A DNA stretch of 33,198 nt from Promethearchaeota archaeon. Its GTDB lineage: Archaea; Asgardarchaeota; Lokiarchaeia; Sigyniarchaeales; SOKP01. Positions 1-9,500 of this stretch are shown piece after piece. The notes beneath the pieces were generated by a model that saw nothing but the letters and a program-made list of their open reading frames with translations, did no database searches and had not been told where the DNA came from. The position numbers and the translations under genes were made by a program. The stretch's first letter is position 1; every line of letters starts with the position of its first letter. The DNA lies in contig JBHLOC010000029.1 in the NCBI GenBank assembly GCA_048940925.1, positions 1-33,198 of the forward strand. Reading direction: 5' to 3'.

Positions 1-33
1 TTATATATAAAGTTTACAGAATTCTTTTGATCA

Positions 34-1398
34 ATGATTCCTTTATCGGATTTAAATTGGGATTTTCTTCATATTTTTTTCTTGATAATTATATTTTTTG
101 GGGGTTTTTTAACCACTTATTTTATACTCCCTTATATCATGAATTTAATGAAGAAAAAGGGTTATGTTGGTTATGATATTCATAAAAATGCCAGACCTGA
201 AATCCCAGAATCTGGAGGACTTAGTATAGTTATTGGATTCACGGTTACAGCAATACTTTTAATGGTCTTTTTTATTGATTTTATTAATGAAATTTTAATC
301 TTTCTTTTTACAGTTTTATTAACAGCAGCTATCGGTTTTTTTGATGATCGTAAAAAGCTAAAATCACGATATAAAATACTTTTATCTATTTTCTCTGGAG
401 TTCCGTTTTTCTTAGCTAACTATTTTGCCTTTGTAAATATCTCATCTCCAATTATTCCTATCCTTGATAGAACAAGATTAACTATTATATACCCCTTACT
501 AATTCCAATTATTATTGCCATTTCTACAAATACTGTCAATATGTTAGAGGGATATAATGGTGAAGGTTCAGGAACTTGTTTGATAGCTGCTTGTTTTCTT
601 CTTATTTGTAGTATAATTTGGGGTTCTACTGAAGGTATTTTATTTACTATTCCATTTATTGCAGTTTTAATTCCCTTTTTTGTATATAATAAATATCCGG
701 CTAAAATTTTCCCTGGAGATGTTGGAACATTAAGTATGGGTGCGATGTTAGCATGTATTATGTTATTTGGTTCACTTGAAGTTGCTACTTTTTGTGTACT
801 ACTAATACAGATATTCAATAGTTTTTATGTAATTTATTCAGTACGAGGTTTTTTAGAAAGTGATAAAATAAGAGAAACTAAAGAAGACATAATTTTACTA
901 GAAAATGATCAAATTAAAGCGTCTGATCAAAAGGATGCTGCCTTAACTCTGCCACGATTAATCCTTGCGAAAGGTCCCTTATCAGAACCAGATTTAGTTA
1001 ACAATTTCTTAGCAATTTCAACAATATGCGGTTTTTTATCAATTATATCAGTCCTATTTACGCAATTCACAAGAGGGGAGTTAGATTTCATAATCTTTCT
1101 TATCATATCCCTACTTATTGTAATACCTATCGGATTGTTATTATTAAAATTCCCTAGGATAAGAGGAATAATTGTTTTAATGGTGAGTCTATTAATAGGG
1201 ATAGTTATTTTTCTAATAATAATAGAATCTCTTATAATGCCAATACCTTTAGGAAGTATAAATATAGGAATAATTCAATTACCTCTAAATATAATTCTCA
1301 TATTTATCTTATCGATTGTAGGAATTTTAATATGGTATTTTGTCACAATTAAATATTTTTGGTATCAGATTAAAAATATGAAAATAAATAAGGTTTAA
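34..1398 (+). CDS. aglH: UDP-GlcNAc:dolichol-phosphate GlcNAc-1-phosphate transferase (AglH/Alg7/DPAGT1-like, MraY/GT4 family) with C-terminal membrane extension
   Basis: GYDIHK..RPEIPESGG, GFFDD, TNTVNMLEGYNG, NKYPAKIFPGDVG and the TLPRLILAKGPLSEPDL motif characteristic of the GPT branch; polytopic membrane protein. Confidence 0.85.
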   Translation: MIPLSDLNWDFLHIFFLIIIFFGGFLTTYFILPYIMNLMKKKGYVGYDIHKNARPEIPESGGLSIVIGFTVTAILLMVFFIDFINEILIFLFTVLLTAAIGFFDDRKKLKSRYKILLSIFSGVPFFLANYFAFVNISSPIIPILDRTRLTIIYPLLIPIIIAISTNTVNMLEGYNGEGSGTCLIAACFLLICSIIWGSTEGILFTIPFIAVLIPFFVYNKYPAKIFPGDVGTLSMGAMLACIMLFGSLEVATFCVLLIQIFNSFYVIYSVRGFLESDKIRETKEDIILLENDQIKASDQKDAALTLPRLILAKGPLSEPDLVNNFLAISTICGFLSIISVLFTQFTRGELDFIIFLIISLLIVIPIGLLLLKFPRIRGIIVLMVSLLIGIVIFLIIIESLIMPIPLGSINIGIIQLPLNIILIFILSIVGILIWYFVTIKYFWYQIKNMKINKV

Positions 1399-1427
1399 AA
1401 TTATTAATTAGACCCAAGGTATATCCA

Positions 1428-3971
1428 ATGAAAAACTATACAAGGTTCATTCTATTCATATTTTATCTTATGGGATCAATTGTGTTTTTTTACTTATTTA
1501 TAGTAATTTTCCTTAATATCAGTTTTATTGAACTTATAACAGATTGGAGTTTTATTATAACTGCTTTTCTTTATTTTTTAACAATTGAAGAATTTTATCA
1601 ATGGTTAAAAAATGGAAAAAGAAGTGAAATGAGTGATCTTGTCGCAATACTATTTTTCTTTTTTGTTATTTTTTTCTTTTCGAAAGATCTATTGACTTCA
1701 ATAATGGGAGCATTTTCAATTTACTTATGGATAGGCGTTTTTGAATTGAAAGAATATCCCGTTCTTAATAAAATTTTAATTATCTCATTAGTGACTTACA
1801 ATATTATCTTTATAGCTGGCATTTTCTCTTTTTATTTGGATGATCCCTTTTATATAAATACAAGTTTTGCCTTTTCATTCTGGATTATACTTATTATGGG
1901 ATTTCTATTGTTTGGAAGAAAGTATTTAGTTGTTTGGCGTTTTATGAGCCCTGAATACTTAACATTATTTCTCTATATTATCGCATGGCTGGCTGTTGTT
2001 TTTATTAATCAATTTACTCCATTTAATTTGATCACATCCAGACCTGTTGATTTCAAACATTTTCGATTAACTGATTTCTTTTTAAATATTTATTTTGCTT
2101 TAATTATAGTAAATTGGTTAATTTATTTCATTTCGGGTATAGTTTTAGATAGGTTACTTGGTATTAAAAAAGTTGAAAATAATAGCATAATAGATTTAGT
2201 AAATGAAGTTAAAAATAATATTGGTATAAAAAATAGAGTAAAAATTGGATTTGGAAAATATCCAATCTTGAATGCTATGGCATATGGATCTTTTTTTGAT
2301 AAAAGGATCGCTGTTATTGCCGATGATATTAATTCTATTCCAGAAGATGAGTTACGTGGAATTGTTGCTCATGAATTAGCTCATACTAAAGGAAACCATA
2401 CACTTATATTAACACTTATTACTTCACTTGATCTTATAATTAGAATGATAATTGGTATCCCTGCTACTTATTATGATTATACTTTTGGACACCCTCAAAT
2501 TCCGTTATTAATATTTATTCTCATAAATTTATTGATATACATTATTCTCTTTATTTTTGTGAGATTTCTGGAGGGAAAGGCAGATTTAAAAGCAAAAAAT
2601 TCAGGTTATGGGAAAGAACTTGTCAAGGCTTTATATAATTTGGAAAGCTTTTATGCAACAGGTCGAGAGATTGGACTCAATACAATGTTATTATGTGACG
2701 AAAAAATATCAAAAGATAATCAACTTTTAGATTACATGAAAACTGCTTCATATTTGTATCAATCAATGATAAAACCATCAAAAACGTCTCTTTTAAGCAA
2801 TTTTATAAATTCTCATCCACCAAGTTATTTTAGAATTGCAACAATTTTAAGTGATGAAATAAAACCAAGCAAAGAGGCAATTTTGCCATTTACTTGTTTA
2901 AAAAAATCAAAACAAAAGAAATATGCACATAAATTTGAAACATCAAGAGAATTATTCAAAAGGATAGCAAATACTAAATTCAAAGAACTTTTTCAAATTC
3001 ATGATATCTCATTATTAATGAGTGATCTTAGAAGAAATGAATTATATAAAGATGAACTTAATAGAGATTTCATTTTCATAAATAAAATTACAGATGAGAT
3101 TATTGTCGGTCATTTAGAGACTGTCCGCTTTATTGATGATATATGTGACAGCGATCAACTAATTATTAAGAATTTAAAAACTAATCAAAAACAATTTTTA
3201 GAATCATCATTATATACTCGCATTCGAATCGATTTGAATGAAATATACTTTTTACATAAAGATAATCCCTTAATTTTAACGGATATTAATTTGAAAACTG
3301 ATCAAAACAACAAGGCATTCTATGTCTTTATAGATAACGACAAAAATCAAATTCTGAAACCTATTTTAAAAACAAAATTACCAAATTCAATAGGATTGAT
3401 TAAAAATCTTAAAGGATCTACAATATTTTTAAAATTAAAAGGAAAATTACAGATATTAACATGTTCGAATCTAGCTGTCGCTAATAAGTATAATGAATAT
3501 GTGATATCTTTATCTAAATCAAGTGTTATTAAAAATCAAGATCAAGATGTATTGACATACACTCTCAAAGATTTAATTATTAGACCAAAAAATATCTTTC
3601 TTCCTGTTATGAAAGATAAAACTTATAGAAAATCTGAACTTGAAGTTATACAATGGTTAATTCAGAATCAAGTTCTAACTCATATTTATCTTAAAAAACC
3701 TGTAAATAATGTGGAATTAGGATTTGTTAAGACAGTTATTTTAAAATCCTCAGATACAAAAACTAAACCAAATGAAAAAAAAGAAATCAATACCATTATT
3801 GTAATTAATATTTTTGGAAATGAAATAAAGATATCATACGATATAATAGATTTAATTGCTTTTGAGTATAATAGCGTAATGATTCAAATCAAATCTGCAA
3901 CTAGCATTACCAGTCGTTTAGGTTATAAAATTTTGAAGAAATTTAAACCTGAAAGAATTATTATAACCTAA
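1428..3971 (+). CDS. M48-family (HtpX/Ste24-like) zinc metalloprotease with N-terminal multi-TM region and long C-terminal soluble region
   Basis: NAMAYG, ELRGIVAHELAH (HEXXH), EGKAD (third zinc ligand), SHPPSYFRI; 847 aa. Confidence 0.85.
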   Translation: MKNYTRFILFIFYLMGSIVFFYLFIVIFLNISFIELITDWSFIITAFLYFLTIEEFYQWLKNGKRSEMSDLVAILFFFFVIFFFSKDLLTSIMGAFSIYLWIGVFELKEYPVLNKILIISLVTYNIIFIAGIFSFYLDDPFYINTSFAFSFWIILIMGFLLFGRKYLVVWRFMSPEYLTLFLYIIAWLAVVFINQFTPFNLITSRPVDFKHFRLTDFFLNIYFALIIVNWLIYFISGIVLDRLLGIKKVENNSIIDLVNEVKNNIGIKNRVKIGFGKYPILNAMAYGSFFDKRIAVIADDINSIPEDELRGIVAHELAHTKGNHTLILTLITSLDLIIRMIIGIPATYYDYTFGHPQIPLLIFILINLLIYIILFIFVRFLEGKADLKAKNSGYGKELVKALYNLESFYATGREIGLNTMLLCDEKISKDNQLLDYMKTASYLYQSMIKPSKTSLLSNFINSHPPSYFRIATILSDEIKPSKEAILPFTCLKKSKQKKYAHKFETSRELFKRIANTKFKELFQIHDISLLMSDLRRNELYKDELNRDFIFINKITDEIIVGHLETVRFIDDICDSDQLIIKNLKTNQKQFLESSLYTRIRIDLNEIYFLHKDNPLILTDINLKTDQNNKAFYVFIDNDKNQILKPILKTKLPNSIGLIKNLKGSTIFLKLKGKLQILTCSNLAVANKYNEYVISLSKSSVIKNQDQDVLTYTLKDLIIRPKNIFLPVMKDKTYRKSELEVIQWLIQNQVLTHIYLKKPVNNVELGFVKTVILKSSDTKTKPNEKKEINTIIVINIFGNEIKISYDIIDLIAFEYNSVMIQIKSATSITSRLGYKILKKFKPERIIIT

Positions 3972-3988
3972 TAAAATTTAATATAAAT

Positions 3989-4924
3989 GTGCCTTTCAAA
4001 AAGTTAATTATGGTTGGGAAAATCAAAAGTCTAATAACTCTATTACGAGTACGCCAGTACTACAAAAATGGAATGATATTTATTGGAATTTTTTTTAGTG
4101 AACGCTTGTTTGATAATTCCCTTTATCTTTCACTTATAATTGGGTTTATACTTTTATGTTGTGCATCTTCTATTAACTACATAATTAATGACATAAAAGA
4201 TATTGAACGAGATAAGTTACATTCAGAAAAGTTAAAAAAGAGACCTCTTGCTTCTGGAGCTCTCTCTGTGCATTTTGCGGTATTAATGATAATTATCCTA
4301 GTAGCGATCATTACATTATCTCTCATATTTTTGATCCCACATCTAGGTTTTATAATAATGATAATTTTAATAATTGTTACTGGTCAACTTTATAACCATC
4401 TCTTCAAAAATTATGCTTTTATAGATATATTAATATTATCTACCGGTTATATATGGAGAACTTTGGCAGGTTGTATAGTAATTAAGGAATATGTCTCTGC
4501 TTGGTTACTTCTAGCTATTTTTGAAGTAGCTATATTTTTAAGTATTGCTAAAAGAAAAGGAGATTTAAAATTTCTAGGTGATGATATCGCTTTTGAACAT
4601 AAAAAAGTCTATGATCAATATTCTCTTAATTTGTTGGATCAATTTAACACAATTGTTGCTGGTTCATTGTTTATGACATACTCTCTTTATTTAATTTTAA
4701 AATTTAATTTATTTGAACCTGGAATTCCCTTATATGAATATATTGCAGTTGCAACCATCCCTCTTTCGTTATATATTCTCATGAGATATATGTATTTAAC
4801 TTCAGCTAAGCCTGAAATTGCCCGTAATCCAGAGAAAGCCTTTTTTGATAAAGGAATTGTGATTGCCGCTTTAGGACTTATTTTGATATTATTTTTCGCT
4901 TTTTATTTCGATGATGTTATCTAG
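3989..4924 (+). CDS. UbiA-family prenyltransferase, decaprenyl-phosphate phosphoribosyltransferase (DPPR synthase)-like; start may be ATG at 4010
   Basis: LLRVRQYYKNG, YIINDIKDIERD..H..KKRPLASG, LSIAKRKGDL, HKKVYDQYS motifs typical of the DPPR-synthase subfamily. Confidence 0.8.
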   Translation: MPFKKLIMVGKIKSLITLLRVRQYYKNGMIFIGIFFSERLFDNSLYLSLIIGFILLCCASSINYIINDIKDIERDKLHSEKLKKRPLASGALSVHFAVLMIIILVAIITLSLIFLIPHLGFIIMIILIIVTGQLYNHLFKNYAFIDILILSTGYIWRTLAGCIVIKEYVSAWLLLAIFEVAIFLSIAKRKGDLKFLGDDIAFEHKKVYDQYSLNLLDQFNTIVAGSLFMTYSLYLILKFNLFEPGIPLYEYIAVATIPLSLYILMRYMYLTSAKPEIARNPEKAFFDKGIVIAALGLILILFFAFYFDDVI

Positions 4925-5149
4925 AAATAAAACTAATAATAACAATCCCATTAGATTCCCATATCCCCTTTCTCTTACTTTAACTATAGTTTAACACGAA
5001 CAGCTAACTAAATCTTTTATAAAAGTTGATGATAATAAGCAAAACTACAATCAAGAATAAATTATCAAATTGGGAAGACTAATTTATATTCATAATTGCC
5101 ATATATCCAATAAATAGTTATGATTTCAAGAAATAATGAAAAAAAAAAG

Positions 5150-5164
5150 ATAAAACTTATAAGT
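5150..5164 (+). promoter_or_regulatory. Putative BRE-TATA promoter of the substrate-binding protein gene
   Basis: A-rich BRE followed by CTTATAAG (ATAAAACTTATAAGT), about 75 nt upstream of the ATG at 5241. Confidence 0.4.
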
Positions 5165-5240
5165 ATACGAATTTAAAAACATATTTAACAACAAATCTAA
5201 AAAAAATAAAAAAAAAAACACAATATATAGTGAATTCAAT

Positions 5241-7094
5241 ATGGAAATGGAAAAGAAAAACTTAGCTATTATAATTTTAGCAGTTGTACTTGCAGCCTCT
5301 GGAATCGGTAACGTCGTACTAGCTATAACCGGCGGATTAATTACCACACGTCAAGAAAAGAAAACAACCCTTGTTTATGGACTCGGTTCAAATCCTGCCG
5401 CGCTTGATCCTGTCGATACTTGGGATATCCCCTCACATCCATTACAACACCAAGTTACTCAGTCTTTAGTTGAATATGATATATCACACCACCCTAACTA
5501 CACTATAAAATTGGTGTTAGCCACAGACTATGTATGGCTATCTAACACATCAATTAAATTTAGGCTCAGAGATAATGTATTTTTCCACGATGGCACACCA
5601 ATGACAGCTGAATCAGTTTTATGGAATTTTGAAAGAGTAAAGTACTTTTTTAATGCATCTGGAACACTTGTAGCTAATGAAACTTCATGGCAAGGTTTCC
5701 CGGCATCTCTATTCTTTTCTTCTTCTAATGCCTCGCAATTCATATTCAAAAGTTTTGCAGCTAATGAAACAGACCTTTGGCCATCAGCAGATCCTATGCT
5801 TAAGCCTGAACCATGTATGACCTTTACCATCAATTTAAACTTTCCTTTTGGGCCTCTATTAGATCTACTCTGTTTTGGCGCCACTAATATTTTATCCCCT
5901 GCTTCCACACCTAGATATAAATATGTAGATTTAGCTACTGATACATTAGTAGGAACTGGTCCTTACAAATGGATTCATTTCAAGAGAGATCGTGAAGTAC
6001 GAATGGAGAGATTTGAAAGATACTGGGGTACTCCAGGGTATTTTGAAGTAGTTATCTTCAGAATTATAGAGGATGACACTGCAAGAATGACCGCAGGTCT
6101 AGCGGGACAATTTGACTATGTTGGTGGAGTTCCAAAATCGTATATTGATACGTTCAAGAATAGAGATGAATTTATCGTTAAGGATGTTGGTGAAGACTTA
6201 TGCTATTTCTATTTAGAAATTTATTGTGGTCCATATGATGCCGAAGGTGATTGGTTTTCAGGTCATGTGAAAGATTATCAATATCAGAAGAACCCTGCTT
6301 ACTTAAGAAGAGCTATTGCATTAGCAATTAACTATTCTTATATTATTGAAGAAATTCAATCGGGATATGCCGATGAGGGAACTCCTGCTGTACCCCGATC
6401 GATGCCTGGATACAATGCTTCAGTTGTACAAGCAAGTGACCCCCAATTTAAATGGGCAGAAAATGTTGTAAAAGCAAGAGAACTCTTGATTCAAAACTCT
6501 GCTGATATTAAAGCTCGTGGTGGTCTAGATGTTTCTGGATTTGATCCTGAAAAAGACTCTGATTGGAAAGGGAAAAATATACTTGGTAGAAAACTTGAGC
6601 TAAATAGACATTTTGGGAGTGTTACCAATCAACGATTAAATGAACTCATGGCACAAAATTTTGACCTGATCGGGATCCAAACTGAAGAAACAATCAGAGA
6701 ATGGGGCGATTACTTGGATACTGGTGAAAACAATCCATATCAAATGGATATTGGGTATGTTGGTTGGTGTCCAGATTATCTTAACCCCTTTAACATGATC
6801 GATCCATTATTCAACTTAAATTCTGGTTCATGCTTCTCTCGAATCAATGATACCAAATTAACTGCCTTGATGCAAGCTGGTGCGACTGAACTAAATGAAA
6901 CCAAGCAATTAGAAGATTGGATGGCTATTCAATCTTTGATCTACGATATTCAGCGACCGGTAAATCACGCAAGCCATGCTCATATATCTGGTTGGGTTTA
7001 TTTAGTACAACAAGTTCATAAGAAGGGCTTAATGGGAGTTCAATATAACGTTATGACTACTTTTGAAGTTTGGAAATGGTATTATGAAGAATAA
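5241..7094 (+). CDS. dppA: Peptide ABC transporter substrate-binding protein (DppA/OppA, family 5), N-terminal membrane anchor
   Basis: N-terminal hydrophobic anchor; LDP, FRLRDNVFFHDGTPMTAESV, VGTGPY, LRRAIALAIN, GWCPDY motifs. Confidence 0.9.
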   Translation: MEMEKKNLAIIILAVVLAASGIGNVVLAITGGLITTRQEKKTTLVYGLGSNPAALDPVDTWDIPSHPLQHQVTQSLVEYDISHHPNYTIKLVLATDYVWLSNTSIKFRLRDNVFFHDGTPMTAESVLWNFERVKYFFNASGTLVANETSWQGFPASLFFSSSNASQFIFKSFAANETDLWPSADPMLKPEPCMTFTINLNFPFGPLLDLLCFGATNILSPASTPRYKYVDLATDTLVGTGPYKWIHFKRDREVRMERFERYWGTPGYFEVVIFRIIEDDTARMTAGLAGQFDYVGGVPKSYIDTFKNRDEFIVKDVGEDLCYFYLEIYCGPYDAEGDWFSGHVKDYQYQKNPAYLRRAIALAINYSYIIEEIQSGYADEGTPAVPRSMPGYNASVVQASDPQFKWAENVVKARELLIQNSADIKARGGLDVSGFDPEKDSDWKGKNILGRKLELNRHFGSVTNQRLNELMAQNFDLIGIQTEETIREWGDYLDTGENNPYQMDIGYVGWCPDYLNPFNMIDPLFNLNSGSCFSRINDTKLTALMQAGATELNETKQLEDWMAIQSLIYDIQRPVNHASHAHISGWVYLVQQVHKKGLMGVQYNVMTTFEVWKWYYEE

Positions 7095-7125
7095 ATTAAC
7101 AAATAAATTATTTTAAAAAACTAAA

Positions 7126-7168
7126 TTTTTTTTTTTTTTTATAGTTCAGTATTTTACTTTTTTTTTTT
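7126..7168 (+). terminator. Oligo-T archaeal terminator after dppA
   Basis: T15 run at 7126-7140 and T11 run at 7158-7168 shortly after the stop at 7094. Confidence 0.65.
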
Positions 7169-7969
7169 CATTTTTTACAATATCAGAACCGACATTATTC
7201 TCTTTTTATTAAATTCTCCGTGTGATTTTTACTCACAAGTTAGAAATGTTTTTACTTAAATATCTTGATGTTGATAGTGTATTGAATCTCTTCTACTTAA
7301 TATTTTATTTCTGCCCTGCTTTAATAATGAACTGTCGATTTTACAAGAAATATAAAGAAATATATGATTTAATATATCTCAATTTGTGCTTAATCCAATT
7401 TAAGGTTTAAATTAAATATTCAATCAACCGACTTCATTTGCAAAACAATGATGTGCAAGAGGTCCCCAAGAACATGACATTCCTTTCGATTTTTATGTTA
7501 TCATAATTGTGTAAATCTTTAGGTGAGTAATCTTTAAAGAAATTTTACTGCTCCTCTATTAATCCTTATTAACATCTTTTAGAGAAAAACCTTGCTTTGC
7601 TTTTATTATCCGCTTTATATTTTGAAAAAACAGTAGATTGCTACACTATTACTTTATATCGTATATTACTTACTCATTTACTTTTTACATTTAATTATCA
7701 AGATATTTTGATATAGTCATTTAATATTGGAAGTTATCATTTTATCACGATAATTATAAAGAAGTACAAAATGAGTATCAAAAAATATTATATTACTTAA
7801 TGGAATTGATTTAGCATTTTTACTACTTTCATATGGTATATTAAATAAAATGAGTCTTAATAACTCAAATGTTTATAATACCAATAGAATAATTAATAAA
7901 TGATCAAATCTAAATATGTATAATTTTCATTAAATATAAAAAAAATTATGACTTCTTGAAGAAGAGAAA

Positions 7970-8413
7970 ATGAAGTTTTCTAAAATTGAACTTGGGAGAC
8001 AAGGAAACTTTATATTGGGCCTTTTTTTGCTTTATTTTGTATTTTTTGGATATATATGTAATGCTTATAAAAAACAAATTGGACAAAAACTTATATTTTT
8101 ATATCAGGTATTTTTTAATCCAAATACTTTCTTATCATTAATCATACTCTTTATTATTATTTTCTTTATTTCAATAAGAGAAAACTTTTTTGAATATGCA
8201 ATAAGAAATAGTATTTGGTATATTCCAGCAATTATGATAATGTCCTGGTTTTGGTATTGGTTCATTTTTGGTTTTGATGCCACTGTCTTTTACATTTATT
8301 TCATAAGAATTGAAGGTTATCTTACAATAATATCATTATTATGTATAAATTTGTTAGCTGCAATTTTAGCATCTATGATTATTGAAAGACGTAAACAATT
8401 AAAACAAATTTAA
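7970..8413 (+). CDS. Hypothetical protein with about 4 TM helices, first gene of the dppBCDF unit
   Basis: 147 aa with four hydrophobic aromatic-rich segments and a basic C-terminal tail; 27 nt upstream of dppB on the same strand. Confidence 0.75.
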   Translation: MKFSKIELGRQGNFILGLFLLYFVFFGYICNAYKKQIGQKLIFLYQVFFNPNTFLSLIILFIIIFFISIRENFFEYAIRNSIWYIPAIMIMSWFWYWFIFGFDATVFYIYFIRIEGYLTIISLLCINLLAAILASMIIERRKQLKQI

Positions 8414-8423
8414 AAAAAAATTT

Positions 8424-8430
8424 AGGAGGT
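8424..8430 (+). promoter_or_regulatory. Shine-Dalgarno site of dppB
   Basis: AGGAGGT 10 nt before the ATG at 8441. Confidence 0.7.
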
Positions 8431-8440
8431 AATAAGCTAT

Positions 8441-9472
8441 ATGAGTTTACTCAAATATATATTAAGAAGAATAGTTGTCATGATTCCAGTATTATTCGGA
8501 GTATTAACATTAACGTTCATTCTCACTAGATTGATGCCAGGGGATCCGATTGCTGCTCGATTAGCTGCTTCAGGACAACATAACCCCTCAGAACATCTCT
8601 ATCACCAGATGAAATGTCAACTTGGTCTTTGTGATCCTATAATAATTCAATATTTTCGATATATAGGCGAATTGTTTACAGGACATTGGGGTGTGTCTGT
8701 CTCTATTACTCGAAATCAACCTGTCTGGGATCTTGTAACGGAGAGAATGCCTCTAACCATAGATCTAACTATATTTTCAATGGCAATCGCATCTTTTTTA
8801 GGAATCAAGGCAGGGGTAATTTCTGCTGTGCATAGAAATAAAACAACCGATACCGTGGTAAGAGGTCTTGCCTTAGTAGGAGTTGCGCTTCCAGTCTTTT
8901 TTCTAGGAATGTTATTACAATATTTTCTCGGCTATGTAGTAAATATTTTCGAACCAACAGGGTATTTAAGTAACGATATTGAAAATCCTCCATATGTCAC
9001 AGGTTTTATTATAATTGACGCTTTGTTGTCGGGACAATATTATGTAATAATAGATTACTTATGGCATATGTTCTTACCTGTTTTTTGTTTATCATTTATA
9101 ATGCTTGCATCAGTTACAAGACAAACTCGGTCAAGTATGCTGGAAGTAATGGAACAAGATTATGTAAGAACTGCAAGAGCAAAAGGATGTAAAGAGAAAG
9201 TAGTAATCCATTCCCATACTTTAAGAAATGCTTTAATTCCAACTGTAACTATAATAGGAATGAGTATTGCAGGACTATTAGGAGGAGCTGTTCTAACAGA
9301 AACTACTTTTGGATTAAATGGAATGGGGAAATTGTTTGTTGATGCTATTTTACTCTATGATTATTGGGTATTAAACGCATTGGTGTTTATGATAACAATC
9401 ATTTTCATATTTGCAAACCTCATGACAGATGTTATATATGCTATATTAGATCCGAGAATAAGATATACATAA
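8441..9472 (+). CDS. dppB: Peptide ABC transporter permease DppB/OppB
   Basis: YILRR..PGDP, RSSMLEVMEQDYVRTARAKG (EAA loop), LRNALIP, LDPRIRY. Confidence 0.95.
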   Translation: MSLLKYILRRIVVMIPVLFGVLTLTFILTRLMPGDPIAARLAASGQHNPSEHLYHQMKCQLGLCDPIIIQYFRYIGELFTGHWGVSVSITRNQPVWDLVTERMPLTIDLTIFSMAIASFLGIKAGVISAVHRNKTTDTVVRGLALVGVALPVFFLGMLLQYFLGYVVNIFEPTGYLSNDIENPPYVTGFIIIDALLSGQYYVIIDYLWHMFLPVFCLSFIMLASVTRQTRSSMLEVMEQDYVRTARAKGCKEKVVIHSHTLRNALIPTVTIIGMSIAGLLGGAVLTETTFGLNGMGKLFVDAILLYDYWVLNALVFMITIIFIFANLMTDVIYAILDPRIRYT

Positions 9473-9500
9473 TGAAATAAAAAGAGGAAATGAAAAAATT

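Noticed and set aside
420-818. Minus-strand 132-aa ORF, and similar shadow ORFs at 5126-5347, 5528-5908, 8805-8993, 9512-9802, 12117-12308, 12409-12663, 13975-14202, 18390-18614, 23126-23485, 24023-24313, 25882-26070, 30636-30980 and 30981-31223
   Set aside because: Antisense to well-supported genes with no recognisable motifs; expected shadow frames
4925-5130. Hydrophobic-looking minus-strand peptide fragments between ubiA and dppA
   Set aside because: Short, interrupted by stops and explainable by AT-rich composition; cannot support a pseudogene call
5199-5219. Long A-tract upstream of dppA as a phase-variable repeat
   Set aside because: Homopolymer A/T runs are common in intergenic DNA throughout the window; no evidence of length variation from a single sequence
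7222-7410. 62-aa plus-strand ORF in the dpp gap
   Set aside because: GTG start without SD, no motifs, and located right after a strong terminator; probably spurious
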